Positions 53,960 through 64,000 of a DNA stretch of 64,000 nucleotides are shown here, one piece after another (the first letter of the stretch is position 1; each line of letters opens with the position of its first letter). Source of the DNA: Mobula hypostoma (Eukaryota); contig NC_086101.1 in NCBI RefSeq assembly GCF_963921235.1, forward strand, positions 11,906,001 through 11,970,000, given 5' to 3'. The position numbers and the translations under genes were made by a program. The notes under the pieces were generated by a model that had not been told where the DNA came from, made no database searches, and saw only the letters and a list, made by a program, of their open reading frames with translations.

Positions 53960-54143
53960 GCCTGTGCTGATTCGCTCTGGCCGGTGAGCTCAGGGAAACT
54001 CGGCGGCGATAAAATTCAGAAGCAGCCGGAGTTGCGCGAATTTGACCACCGATCGCTCTCGGCCAATCAGAGGCGTCCTGGGCTCGCACGACGTCACTTC
54101 CCGGGCCTGCTTCCCTCCGTTGCCGGAGTTACAGGAGGTGAGT
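53960..54143 (+). promoter_or_regulatory. CpG-island promoter and short non-coding first exon of a second gene
   Basis: GGCCAATCAG 54061-54070; GACGTCACTTCCCGG (CRE/ETS-like) ~54090-54104; GCGCGAA; consensus donor GAG/GTGAGT at 54137/54138; G-rich downstream intron. Confidence 0.7.
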
Positions 54144-55698
54144 GGGATTTGGAGGTATGATCCGGCCGGGGTGGCTGGAGTGGGGTCTGCGAGGTCGGCC
54201 GGGGCTCCGGCAGAGGGATTTTGGCAGTGGGGTGGGAGTGTCAGGGCTGGGAGCCGGGAGAAGGTGCTTCGGGCTGGGTGGCCGCGGTCGCAGAGGTGGT
54301 GTGGCTGCAGGGCCCGATGGTGGCGGGCAGGGGGGACTGAAGGCTCCCGGTGACGGTCTTTTGTAGATGAGGAAATTTATCGGCTCAATGCACACACTCC
54401 CCGCCGCCTTTTCCTCCTGGCTGTTACTTCCCCGCCCCTTGAACTCGGACCCTTTCCCCACCCACGAGGTAAATACAACTTGCTCCAGCCCCCCCCCAAC
54501 CCGCTTCCCCTTCGGGATGTGGGGGTGACGGTTTTCCATCCTTGGGGCTGTGTGGGGACATCTCTCAATCTGCTGTGGGAGGGGACATTATCGATGTTTC
54601 CTCTTGTTTGGGGCAGGAGAGTGGGAAAACGGTGGCTGGGATCTTTCACTCTCATTTTAATTTTGTTTCGGGAGATTGGCTGGCACCTTGGCACCATCTG
54701 GTTTGCATTCGCTGGCTGGATGTCCCATTCTTCCAGCCAGTGTATGAAGTGCCGGGTGCTCGTGGATCTGGCCCTATTCGAGACACTCAAGCAGTTGAAA
54801 TTCTGGAATGAACTGGAACCGTGGAGTCGTTTAAAGAAATCTCAACCCCTCAGGCTGATATACATTATATCACTGGATATGTTTAAAGAAGAGTAGACAA
54901 TTTTTTTTGTTAGATCAGGCAATTGTGGCACAGGAGATCGGACTTTTGGCAAGTCATTCTCCTCCGCTGAATCTTCTAACATACCCCTGCCAAAGGAATT
55001 TATGGTAGTCAGTCAACCTATGCAGTCTTTGATGTGGGAGAAAACAGAACTACTGGGGGAAATGCATTCAGCTACAGAGAAAATATACAGGTGGAATACA
55101 ATGTCAGGATAGTGTCATCAGGACTGCTTTCCAGTTTTCACTGCAATTATCTATTCCAAGGAATTTTGTATTTTCATTTTCTTTAGTTTGTGATCCCACT
55201 GTTGGAATCCCAGTCAATTAGCATTACATCAGTGCCTACTCTCAGCCTGAGGTCCTTTTCTCCCAGTGCCCTCTCACCCACGTAGGTAGGAATCTGATTC
55301 CCTTCAGAAAATGTAGCTGTTGAATTCTTTGCTTGGTGTCAGTGCTCACATAACCAGGACTTGTGATATACACCAGATGCTCATATGACCATCCACCATC
55401 TACGCCTATGGCTTCACGAGACCTAGATCGGGGGGCTAATCTGCATGCTAGCTGAGACCCTTCATCAGGACTCGTAGGATTTCATCAGCTCCTGGTGAAG
55501 GGTCTTGGCACGAAACATTGACTCTTTATTCCTCCTCTGCCTGATATGCTGAGTTCCTCCAGCATTTTGCATGCATTGATCTGGAATAAAAATTTAACAG
55601 GTTCAGTCGGGTTAGGCTGCATCTGGAGTTATTGCGTTCAGGTTTGGTTGCACCACTATAAAAGTGTATGGGCCCTTTTGACCCACATTGTTGCTATA

Positions 55699-56006
55699 AA
55701 GTAAAGGTATCTGTTAGTCTTGCGAGACCATGGATCTGCGCCTGGAAAGTCTTCACTCTCCAGGGCGCAGGCCTGGGCAAGGTTGTATGGAAGACCAGCA
55801 GTTGCCCATGCTGCAAGTCTCCCCTCTCCATGACACCGATGTTGTCCAAGGGAAGGGCATTAGGACCCATACAGCTTGGCACCAGTGTCGTTGCAGAGCA
55901 CTGTGTGATTAAGTGCCTTGCTCAAGGACACAACACGCTGCCTCGGCTGGGGCTTGAACTCACGACCTTCAGGTCGCTAGTCCAATGCCTTAACCACTTG
56001 GCCACG
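55699..56006 (-). mobile_element. tRNA-headed CORE-like SINE with RTE-type tail
   Basis: Head and core match the 37547 SINE; TGCTATA at 55692-55698 and 56007-56013. Confidence 0.8.
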
Positions 56007-56299
56007 TGCTATATAAATACCCTATATAAACATATCCAGAATCAGTCTAACTTTTTTTCCCTAAACAGCCCCTAACCCTTTTATTGCATCTGTGTGCCTA
56101 TCTAAGATACTTCTAAATGATCACTATTGCATCATCTGCTGCCACTATCCCCGCAGTACATTCTAGGCACTTGCCGCTCTCTGTGCACAGAAAAAAAAAG
56201 TACAACCTACCTCTGACATCTTCCTAAACTTTTAAGGGTGTCTTCTGGTATTGGCCATTGTGCCCCTGGGTGGAAGGGCTCTGACTGTCCACCCTACCT

Positions 56300-56865
56300 G
56301 AGTGAGTGAGGCCTCAAACAGCCGGGGTCAACCATGGATGTTGTGTCCGAGCTGTCTAGATACGCAAGCACGGACAGTACGATATGGAGCACAAGCTGTT
56401 GCCCACGCAGTAGCCTCCCTCTCTCCATGCATTGGATGAACCCACGGAGCGGCAGAGGTCTGTGCAGTATGGTACCAGCAGCGTTGTAGGAGATGCCAGT
56501 CTGTGTTGAGCTGGGCGTAGGGCTACCTTAGGGACTCCAGCTCTGGATTGTCCCCACGAGTTTACTCCAGAAGCCTTCCCCGTGAGTGGAATAGCTGCAA
56601 TGGAGGTTGGAGATCAGAGTTTTTCTTCCAGGTGAGCTGTCAACCACGTCAGATGAGCCCCACCTGCCCAAAGCGATGAGTTTTAAGATGCCAGTAACCC
56701 GCCTTTGCCCCTTCTGTCAGTAGACGCGGTTCTGCCAGGCTTAGTAGCTGAGCTACACGTGAAAGCCAGGAGCTGGACTCGGTTGTCAGAGGCTGTTTGA
56801 AGCACATACCATCGGGAGTATTTCATGGGTAGTAGGAGCTTGTCCCCACTACTACCCTTGCCTAT
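56300..56865 (-). mobile_element. RTE-related non-autonomous element with structured 5' end
   Basis: Interrupts an old CR1; 3' end resembles the 55699 SINE tail; 9-bp hairpin 56827-56857. Confidence 0.55.
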
Positions 56866-56899
56866 AACAACAACTCCATCTATGTTGCTCATAATCATA

Positions 56900-57255
56900 C
56901 ATAACCATATAACAATTACAGCACAGAAACAGGCCATCTCGGCCCTTCTAGTCCGTGCCGAACTCTTACTCTCACCTAGTCCCACTGACCTGCACTCAGC
57001 CCATAACCCTCCATTCCTCTTCTGTCCATATACCTATCCAATTTAACTTTAAATGACAAAATCGAACCTGCCTCAACCTTTTCTGCTGGAAGCTCGTTCC
57101 GCACAGCTACCACTCTCTGAGTAAAGAAGTTCCCCCTCATGTTACCCCTAAACTTTTGCCCTTTAACTCTCAACTCATGTCCTCTTGTTTGAATCTCCCT
57201 CACTCTCAATGGAAAAAGCCTATCCACGTCAACTCTATCTATCCCCCTCATAATT
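56900..57255 (-). mobile_element. CR1 3' fragment
   Basis: MRGIDRVDVDRLFP...TRGHELRV...RGNFFTQRVV; (ATAACCAT)n tail. Confidence 0.88.
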
Positions 57256-58558
57256 TAAAAATTTTACATCTTCAACAAGTTGCCTCTTATTCTCCTTTAC
57301 TCCAAATACAAAAGGCCCAGTCTCTTACAGAAGGATATCAAGGGTTTGGAGAGGGTGAGGAAGAGGTTTACCGGGACACTGACTGGATGACAGGGTATGT
57401 GCTATGAGGAGAGGCTGGACAAGCTTGTTTTCTCTGAAGCGCTGGAGGTTGGGGTGGCAGGGTGGAAATGCATCTCTACCAAAGGAGGTGTAAGGTGCTT
57501 GTTTCCTCCACTAGCCTGCAGGTCACTCTTGGGCAAGAGATAGCACCCGCTTAACCCCTCGATCAGGTCCTATTCCGCACTGTATCTCAATTATAACAAT
57601 AAAATATTAATTACTTCTGAAAACCCTACACATATGAGAAGAATAGGAGGATGACATGATATATTTTACTTACATGTCCTGTACATTAATGGAGTGGAAC
57701 TGATGCTTGTGGGCAGTATGGGGTGAAAAACCGGTCCATCCAACTACCCCACATAGTCAGGAGACCTTATCAACAGAATCAAAGCTCTTCACCCCCACCT
57801 TCACCTCTTTTCCTTCAGAGGAGAGCCAAGAAGTCAACGCTATTCAGGGAAAGGAAAATTCAACAAACTGTGAATCAGTAGTTTGCAGATTTTTTTGAAT
57901 TAAACTCCTCTGGTAAAATATCCATTGTATTCCTGCCTCCTCCTGCCCATTGGCACCTGATGGTATCACAGGCAGGGGCTAAGCAGCCTTATTGCTGGGA
58001 CAAGTAAAATCCTGAATTTTTTTTGGTGAATATTCTAAGTAGCTGCAATATCATGAAAGTCTAGTGGGTCTCCTGTGACCTCTTCCCCGTCAGAGCAGAT
58101 TGGAAAGCCAAAGTCAGTTTGGAAACCACTAGACTACAGTGCCAAACTATTAGACTTCAGTTGCAAAGCATGGAAAGCGGAACTTTGATGGTCCCTCCTT
58201 GCCAACCATATGGCTTCCTGAGCTAATCCAATTTGCATTTGGCTCATATTCCTCAATCTTTCCTATCTGTCTACCTGTCCAAATGACTTAAATGTTTATA
58301 AATTTACCTGCCAAACTATCTACTGCCACTGCTTTCCAAGGTATCTACCACACTCTGCATAATAATAAAAAAAAATTGCCCCCTCACATCACCGTTCAAG
58401 TTCTCCCCTCTAACCTTAAAAGTACGTCCTCTGGTGTATTTGTACACCGAGGAGTTGTTTGATGACTGCTCTAATGTAATGTTCCTACTTCTCTCCACCA
58501 CCCTCTCCCAGACCCCTCCCGAACCACCCCTCCAGTGCTGAGTGCCAAAAGCTGCAGC

Positions 58559-58594
58559 ATGAACTCCAGTGATGAAGGCAGCAGGACACCGACG
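58559..58594 (+). CDS. Candidate first coding segment of the second gene (MNSSDEGSRTPT), exon ~58512-58594
   Basis: Branch-like CTAAT at 58471, long pyrimidine tract, ccAG acceptor, agcATG with A at -3, ACG/GTAACT donor. Confidence 0.4.
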
Positions 58595-58809
58595 GTAACT
58601 GATCTTATTTTTCGTTAGGAATTTGCTGGTGGGCCCCTTGCTGTGTCAGCTGACCTGATGCAGTTCATGATTCTTAGTGAGTGGCCTTCCACTAATCTCT
58701 TCGCACTAAGCACCGAAGGTTAATTCATTCCTTGATTATCTGCACTCCTCTTTCCCACTTTCCTGTTTTCCTCGAAGTAAATGTCACTCCCAACAGACCC
58801 ACCAGCACT

Positions 58810-59335
58810 GACATAGAATGTTTCAGCACCATAAAGGCCCTTCAGCCCATGAGGTTCTGCTGAACTTTTAACCTATTGTAGAATCAATCTAACCAAACCA
58901 TTTCCTCTTCCATTACCTTCCTTTTTCCTATCATTCTCTGCCTATCTAAAAGTTTATTAAATCTCCCTAATTTGTCTGCCTCTACCACCATCTCTAGCAG
59001 GTACCTACCACTCCCTCTGACATTTCTCCTATCCTTTCCTCCAATCACCCTAAAATTATGCTCCCTTCTATTAACCACTTCTGACTTGGGGCAGAAGTCT
59101 CTGGCAGTCCACTTGATACCTCTTATCATTTTGTACACCACATCAAGTCCCCTCCTATCCTTACTCGCTCCAAAGACAAAAGCCTTAGCTTGCTCAGTTT
59201 ATCTTCATAAGATACGCCTATAGTTCAGGCAGCATCCTGGTAAATCTCCTCTCCTCCTCTGTAAAGCTTCCACACCTTTTCTATAATGAGGTGACCAGAA
59301 CTAAGGATAATGTGTGGTCTAACCAGGGTTTTATA
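58810..59335 (-). mobile_element. Old CR1 3' fragment
   Basis: VYKMIRGI; CAGCATCCTGGTAAATCTCCTCT (antisense of RRFTRMLP). Confidence 0.75.
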
Positions 59336-59539
59336 TTGTTGTGGCTATGTCTTGTGAAGGTGATCGAGTTTTAACAGTGATTAGTGAAGATGGTAGAGAA
59401 ACTCTGAAATCTGAGAGTCAAGCAGAGGTGTTCTTGTATTTTTCATATTCTTTTACACTATGGACTTGGTGGACCAAATTGTCATCTTCTCTGCTGTCTC
59501 AGTTAGCAATCTTCTTCCCACCACACATTCGCTACAAGC

Positions 59540-59660
59540 ATACATGCGGCATGCAAGAGAATTCCAAGAAGAATGGTTTTCCACAAATAATTCTATAAAC
59601 AGATACATAGACCTCGAACGCATTTATAAGCCAATGCGGGTAAAATTCCAGACAGCAAAA
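59540..59660 (+). mobile_element. Penelope-like GIY-YIG C-terminal remnant (second family)
   Basis: HAREFQEEWFSTNNSINRYIDLERIYKPMR resembles PLE C-termini; appears to continue after the Rex insertion at ~61245. Confidence 0.5.
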
Positions 59661-59669
59661 TTCCCTCGC

Positions 59670-61240
59670 GAGGCGGAAGGTCCCGATGGAGTACCTGGTA
59701 AGGCTCTGAAAACCAACTGGAGGGAGTATTCAAGGGCATTTTCAACCTCTCACTGCTACAGGTGGAAGTTTCCACTTGCTTCAAAAAGGCAACAATTATA
59801 CCAGTGCCTAAGAAGAATAATGTGGGCTGCCTTAATGACTGTTGCCTAGTAGCACTCACATTGACAGTGATGAAATGCTTTGAGAGGTTGGTCATGACTA
59901 GACTGAACTGCCTCAGCAAGGACCTGGACACATTGTAATTTGCCTATCGCCACAATAGGTGAATGGCAGACACAATCTCAATGGCTCTCCATGTGGACAA
60001 CGCAAACAACTATGTCAAGATGCTGTTCATTGACTATTGCTCAGCATTTAATACCATCATTCCCATAATCCTGATTGAGAACTTGAACCTGGGCCTCTGT
60101 ACCTCCCTCTGCAATTGGATCCTTGACTTCCTAACCGGAAGACCACAATCTGTGCGGATTATATTTGAGATAATTCTCCTCTTGTTTGTATTTATGCTCC
60201 TTTTAAATCAATAAAAAGATTGATAAAGAAAGAATCTGTGTGGATTGGTGATAACATATCCTCCTTGCCGACGATCAACACTGGCGCACCTCAGGGGTGT
60301 GTGCTTAGCCCACTGCTCTACTGTCTATATACACATGACTGTGTGGCTAGGCATAGCTCAAATACCATCTATAAATTTGCTGATGATCAACTATTGTTGG
60401 TAGAATCTCAGCTGGAGCTGAGAGGGCGTACAGGAGTGAGATATGCCAACTAGTGGAATAGTGCCGCAGCAACAACCTGGCACTCAATGTCAGTAAGACG
60501 AAAGAGCTGATTGTGGACTTCAGGGAGGGTAAGATGAAGGAACTCATACCAATCCTCATAGAGGGATCAGAAGTGGAGAGAGTGAGCAGCTTCAAGTTCC
60601 TTAGTGTCAAGATCTCTGAGAATCTAACCTGGTCCCAACATATCGATGTCGTTATAAAGAAGGCAAGACAGCGGCTCTACTCTATTAGGAGTTTGAAGAG
60701 ATTTGGCATGTCAACAAATACACTCAAAAACTTCTATAGTTGTACAGTGGAGAGCATTCTGACAGGATGTATCACTGTCTAGTATGGAGGGGCTACTGCA
60801 CAGGACTGAAAGAAGCTGCAGAAGTTTGTGAATCTAGTCAGCTCCATCTTGGGTACTAGCCTACAAAGTACCCAGGACATCTTTAGGGAGCGGTGTCTCA
60901 GAAAGGCAGCGTCCATTATTAAAGACCTCCAGCACCCAGGGCATGCCCTTTTCTCACTGTTACCATCAGGTAAGAGGTACAGAAGCCTGAAGGCACACAC
61001 TCAGCAATTCAGGAACAGCTTCTTCCCCTCTGCCATCCGATTCCTAAATGGACATTGAACCTTTGGACACTGCCTCACTTTTTTAATATACAGTATTTCT
61101 CTTTTTGCATGTTTTTTTAATCTATTCAATGTACATAATTTACTTGTTTATTTTTCTCTTCTATATTATGTATTGCATTGAACTGCTGTTGCTAAATTAA
61201 CAAATTTCACATCACATGCTGGTGATAATACTGATCCTGA
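59670..61240 (+). mobile_element. Rex1/Babar LINE RT fragment
   Basis: [43 protein letters not shown] and KKARQRLY motifs. Confidence 0.92.
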
Positions 61241-61244
61241 GTTT

Positions 61245-61855
61245 GCCACGCAACCAATCAGCAATGACATCCCCTCCCTACATCACAATTGATTTTCCAT
61301 AATGACGACCAATCAACTTATTGATAAGTATATAAATACCAAACTTTCAGAGGACACACCACAAATGAAGAGCCTCCTTGTATGGTCACAAAACTTTTGC
61401 AAATGGATTGCCAAGATCGGAGAACAACTCAACCCAACCATCAACCTCCCGAGCTACACATTTTCCAAGTTATTTCCAATTCCCCACAACTCCCCAGATT
61501 CTCCTAAACTCAGGATAACTTAATGTGATGAATTAACCTGTAAAATTGGTTTATTTGTTAAAAGGATCTGTTGGTTTCCCGGTGTATATGACATAAATTT
61601 CTCTTGGGCTTCTATCCGGGTCCAGGTGTCAATTTTAACTGACGTTTCAAAGACAAACTCATTATGCTCATCAGGGATGATGCCTAGGCATGTCTAGCCC
61701 AGAGATATAGATACACCCCCATTGTTCGTCTCTCCTGATTGGTTAGTCCTCAACCAATCAGGTTTCTGCTGGCCCGCCTTGTTTAAAGTAAGACTAGAGA
61801 ATGAGAATTTCAGCAAAGACAAAGATTGTGCTCTAAGTAAGAACTGGAATACAAT
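61245..61855. mobile_element. Penelope-like terminal-repeat relics (second family)
   Basis: CCAATCAG/CTGATTGG repeats; minus-strand CTGATGA...GAAACGTC at 61674-61641. Confidence 0.45.
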
Positions 61856-61914
61856 CTGTGGCCTGTCTGGATAAGGCCACTTAGTTTGGAGGAACTAAGC
61901 CTTGTATTCTGTTA

Positions 61915-62380
61915 GGCTAGCCTCCGACCTGATGGCATGAACATCGATTTCTCAAACTTCCAGTTATTGCTTCTCTCCCCCCTCCTTCACCATTTCCCAT
62001 CCCCTTTTCCCTCTCACATGTTATCTCTTTGCCCACCCATGGCCTCCCTCTGGTGCAGCTGATCTCTCCCACCCGTCCCCGCCACCTTTTCTTTTTTCTT
62101 TCTTCCATGGCCTTCTGTCCCTTTCACCAATCAACTTCCCAGCTCTTAACTTCATCCCTTCCCCTCCAAGTTTCACTTATTGCCTGGTGTTTCTCTCTTC
62201 CCTCACCCCACCTTTTAAATCTACTCCTCAGCTTTTCTCCTCCAGTCCTGCAGAAGGGTTTCGGCCTGCAATGGTAAATGTGTGTTTTTTCCATAGATGC
62301 TGCCTGGCCTACTGAGTTCCTCCAGCATTTTGTGTGCATTGCTCAGATTTCCAGCATCTGCAGATTTTCTCTTGTTTGTA
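61915..62380 (+). mobile_element. Penelope-like (Neptune-type) 3' end with degenerate hammerhead
   Basis: SL.PDGMNIDFSNF end, pyrimidine-rich UTR, CAGTCCTGCAGAAGGGTTTCGGCCTGCAA, full tail. Confidence 0.8.
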
Positions 62381-63098
62381 TACCTGCAGTGTTTGTGTGA
62401 TCCTCTAAGAGCACAAGATACAGGAGCAGAAATGGGTCATTCTTCCCATTGAGTCTGCACCAACGTTCGATCGTGGCTGATTTATTATTCCTTCTCAACT
62501 CCATTTTGCTTTCTGTCAGTAACCTTTGCCTCACCTACTAATCAAGAACCTATCAACCTCCGCTTTAAATACGCCCAGTGACCTGGCCTCTACAGCCGTC
62601 CATGGCAACGAATTCCTCAGATTCTCCACCCTTTGGCTAAAGAAATTCCTTCTCATCTCTCTTCAAAAAGACATCCTTGTATTCTGACACTGTGCCTTCT
62701 GATCCTAGAGTCTGCTACTACTGAAAACATCCTCTCCATGTCCACTCTATTCAGGCCTGCTGCTCAGACCCTACTCTTGATTTTATCATGAATAAGAGAT
62801 ATTAAGGGTGTTAAGGGGGCTTGGTGGAGGATGGTGGGAGGTACACATATGAGGTGGTGGTGAAAATAAAATGGAACAGAAAGATCTAAATGCTGTCACA
62901 GGAAAGCAGCATCCATCATCAAGGACCCCCACCACCCAGGACAATTGTTCCCTGAAAATGGAGACACTTGTAGAGAGTGGTGAAGAAGGCATTTGACATG
63001 TCTGCCTTAGTCACTGAGTACACACGTAAAGTCATTGAGTTTGCACCTAAATTCAATTGAGCAATGCTGTCAGTAAACTGAACTCTTGTCTTGTACAG

Positions 63099-63162
63099 CC
63101 TCAAGATGATGCAAGTTGCCTCAGAAATGATGGGAGGCCTCCACAAAGTGGTGCCAAAGAAG
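63099..63162 (+). CDS. Candidate internal exon of the second gene (PQDDASCLRNDGRPPQSGAKE in phase 0)
   Basis: ctcttgtcttgtacAG acceptor; AAG/GTAAGA donor; no obvious repeat similarity; open in the frame set by the 58559 ATG. Confidence 0.5.
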
Positions 63163-63289
63163 GTAAGATGTTTTTGTGATGGGAATTGGGAAGGGTATCA
63201 TGGCAGGGATATTGATAACTTGAATAATGGGCTGAACAACACTACCTGGCCACTATTGATCACATCTCATAAGTGAAATTACGAAGGAA

Positions 63290-63930
63290 GCAGAGCAGGC
63301 CACTACTTCCTTAGGAGTTTGTGGAGCTTTGGCAATGACGTCTGAAATTGTGACAAACTTCTGTAGATATGTAGTGGAGAGTATATTGACTGCCTGTATC
63401 ATAGCCTGTTATGAAATACCCAATGCCCTTAAATGGAAAATCCTACAAAAGGTAGTGGATATGACCCAGTTCATCACAGGTAAAGCCCTCACCACTGTTG
63501 CAGGAAAGCAGCATCCATCATCAGGGACCCCCACCACCCTGGACAACATGCTCTCTTGCTGCTGCCATCAGGAAGACGATACAAGAGCCTCAGGACTCTC
63601 ACTATCAGGATCAGAAACAGTTATTTCCCATCATCTATTGGGCTCTTGAACCAAAGGGGATAAGTTCATTTGCCCCACAACCAATCGACTCACTTTCAAG
63701 GGCTCTTCATCTCATGTCTTGATATTTATTTATTTATTATTAGTAATTTCCTTTTGCATTTGCAGATTTTTGTCTTCAGTCTGGTTGAACGCCCAAGTTG
63801 GGCGGTCTCTCATTGATGCTGATATGGTTATTATTATATGGATTTATTGAGTATGCCCACAAGCAAATGAATCTCAGGGTTGTATATGGTGACATATCTG
63901 TACCTTCATAATAAATTTACTTTGAAATTT
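63290..63930 (+). mobile_element. Rex1/Babar 3' fragment
   Basis: NFCRYVVESILTACI; tail ATAATAAATTTACTTTGAA. Confidence 0.75.
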
Positions 63931-64000
63931 TTGTCTGTAAATAGAGCCATAGAGTATTCCCACATGGAAAGTCCAAGTCTAGGACCAGAGAACATTGCCT

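Noticed and set aside
58559..58594. Shootin-1 assignment from MNSSDE
   Set aside because: Similarity ends after six residues; no symbol given

Overview
Vertebrate genomic DNA, most likely a cartilaginous fish (ray or shark). This is inferred from the repeat complement: dense CR1, V-SINE/HE1-like SINEs, Rex1/Babar and Penelope-derived repeats. The window holds exons 2-4 of a + strand beta-tubulin gene (class I/TUBB-like body; I could not find exon 1, which probably lies upstream). Its 3' UTR is probably about 4.5 kb and contains an antisense RTE LINE. About 37 kb of largely nested transposon sequence follows, then a CpG-rich promoter near 54.1 kb with candidate first exons of an unidentified second + strand gene. 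Most ORFs in the supplied track are decayed LINE fragments or antisense shadows. The most interesting signals are RNA-level. First, Penelope-like terminal repeats carry minimal hammerhead-ribozyme motifs, and several occur as short TSD-flanked palindromic insertions, one with two back-to-back ribozyme cores. Second, there is a candidate HDV-like ribozyme at the 5' end of an RTE-related non-autonomous element. Also present are a solo LTR with a 4-bp TSD and fragments of two restriction-like-endonuclease retrotransposons (HERO-like, and Dong/R4-like sitting in a TAA tract). All calls come from reading the sequence by eye; no database search was run, and repeat boundaries without TSDs are approximate.
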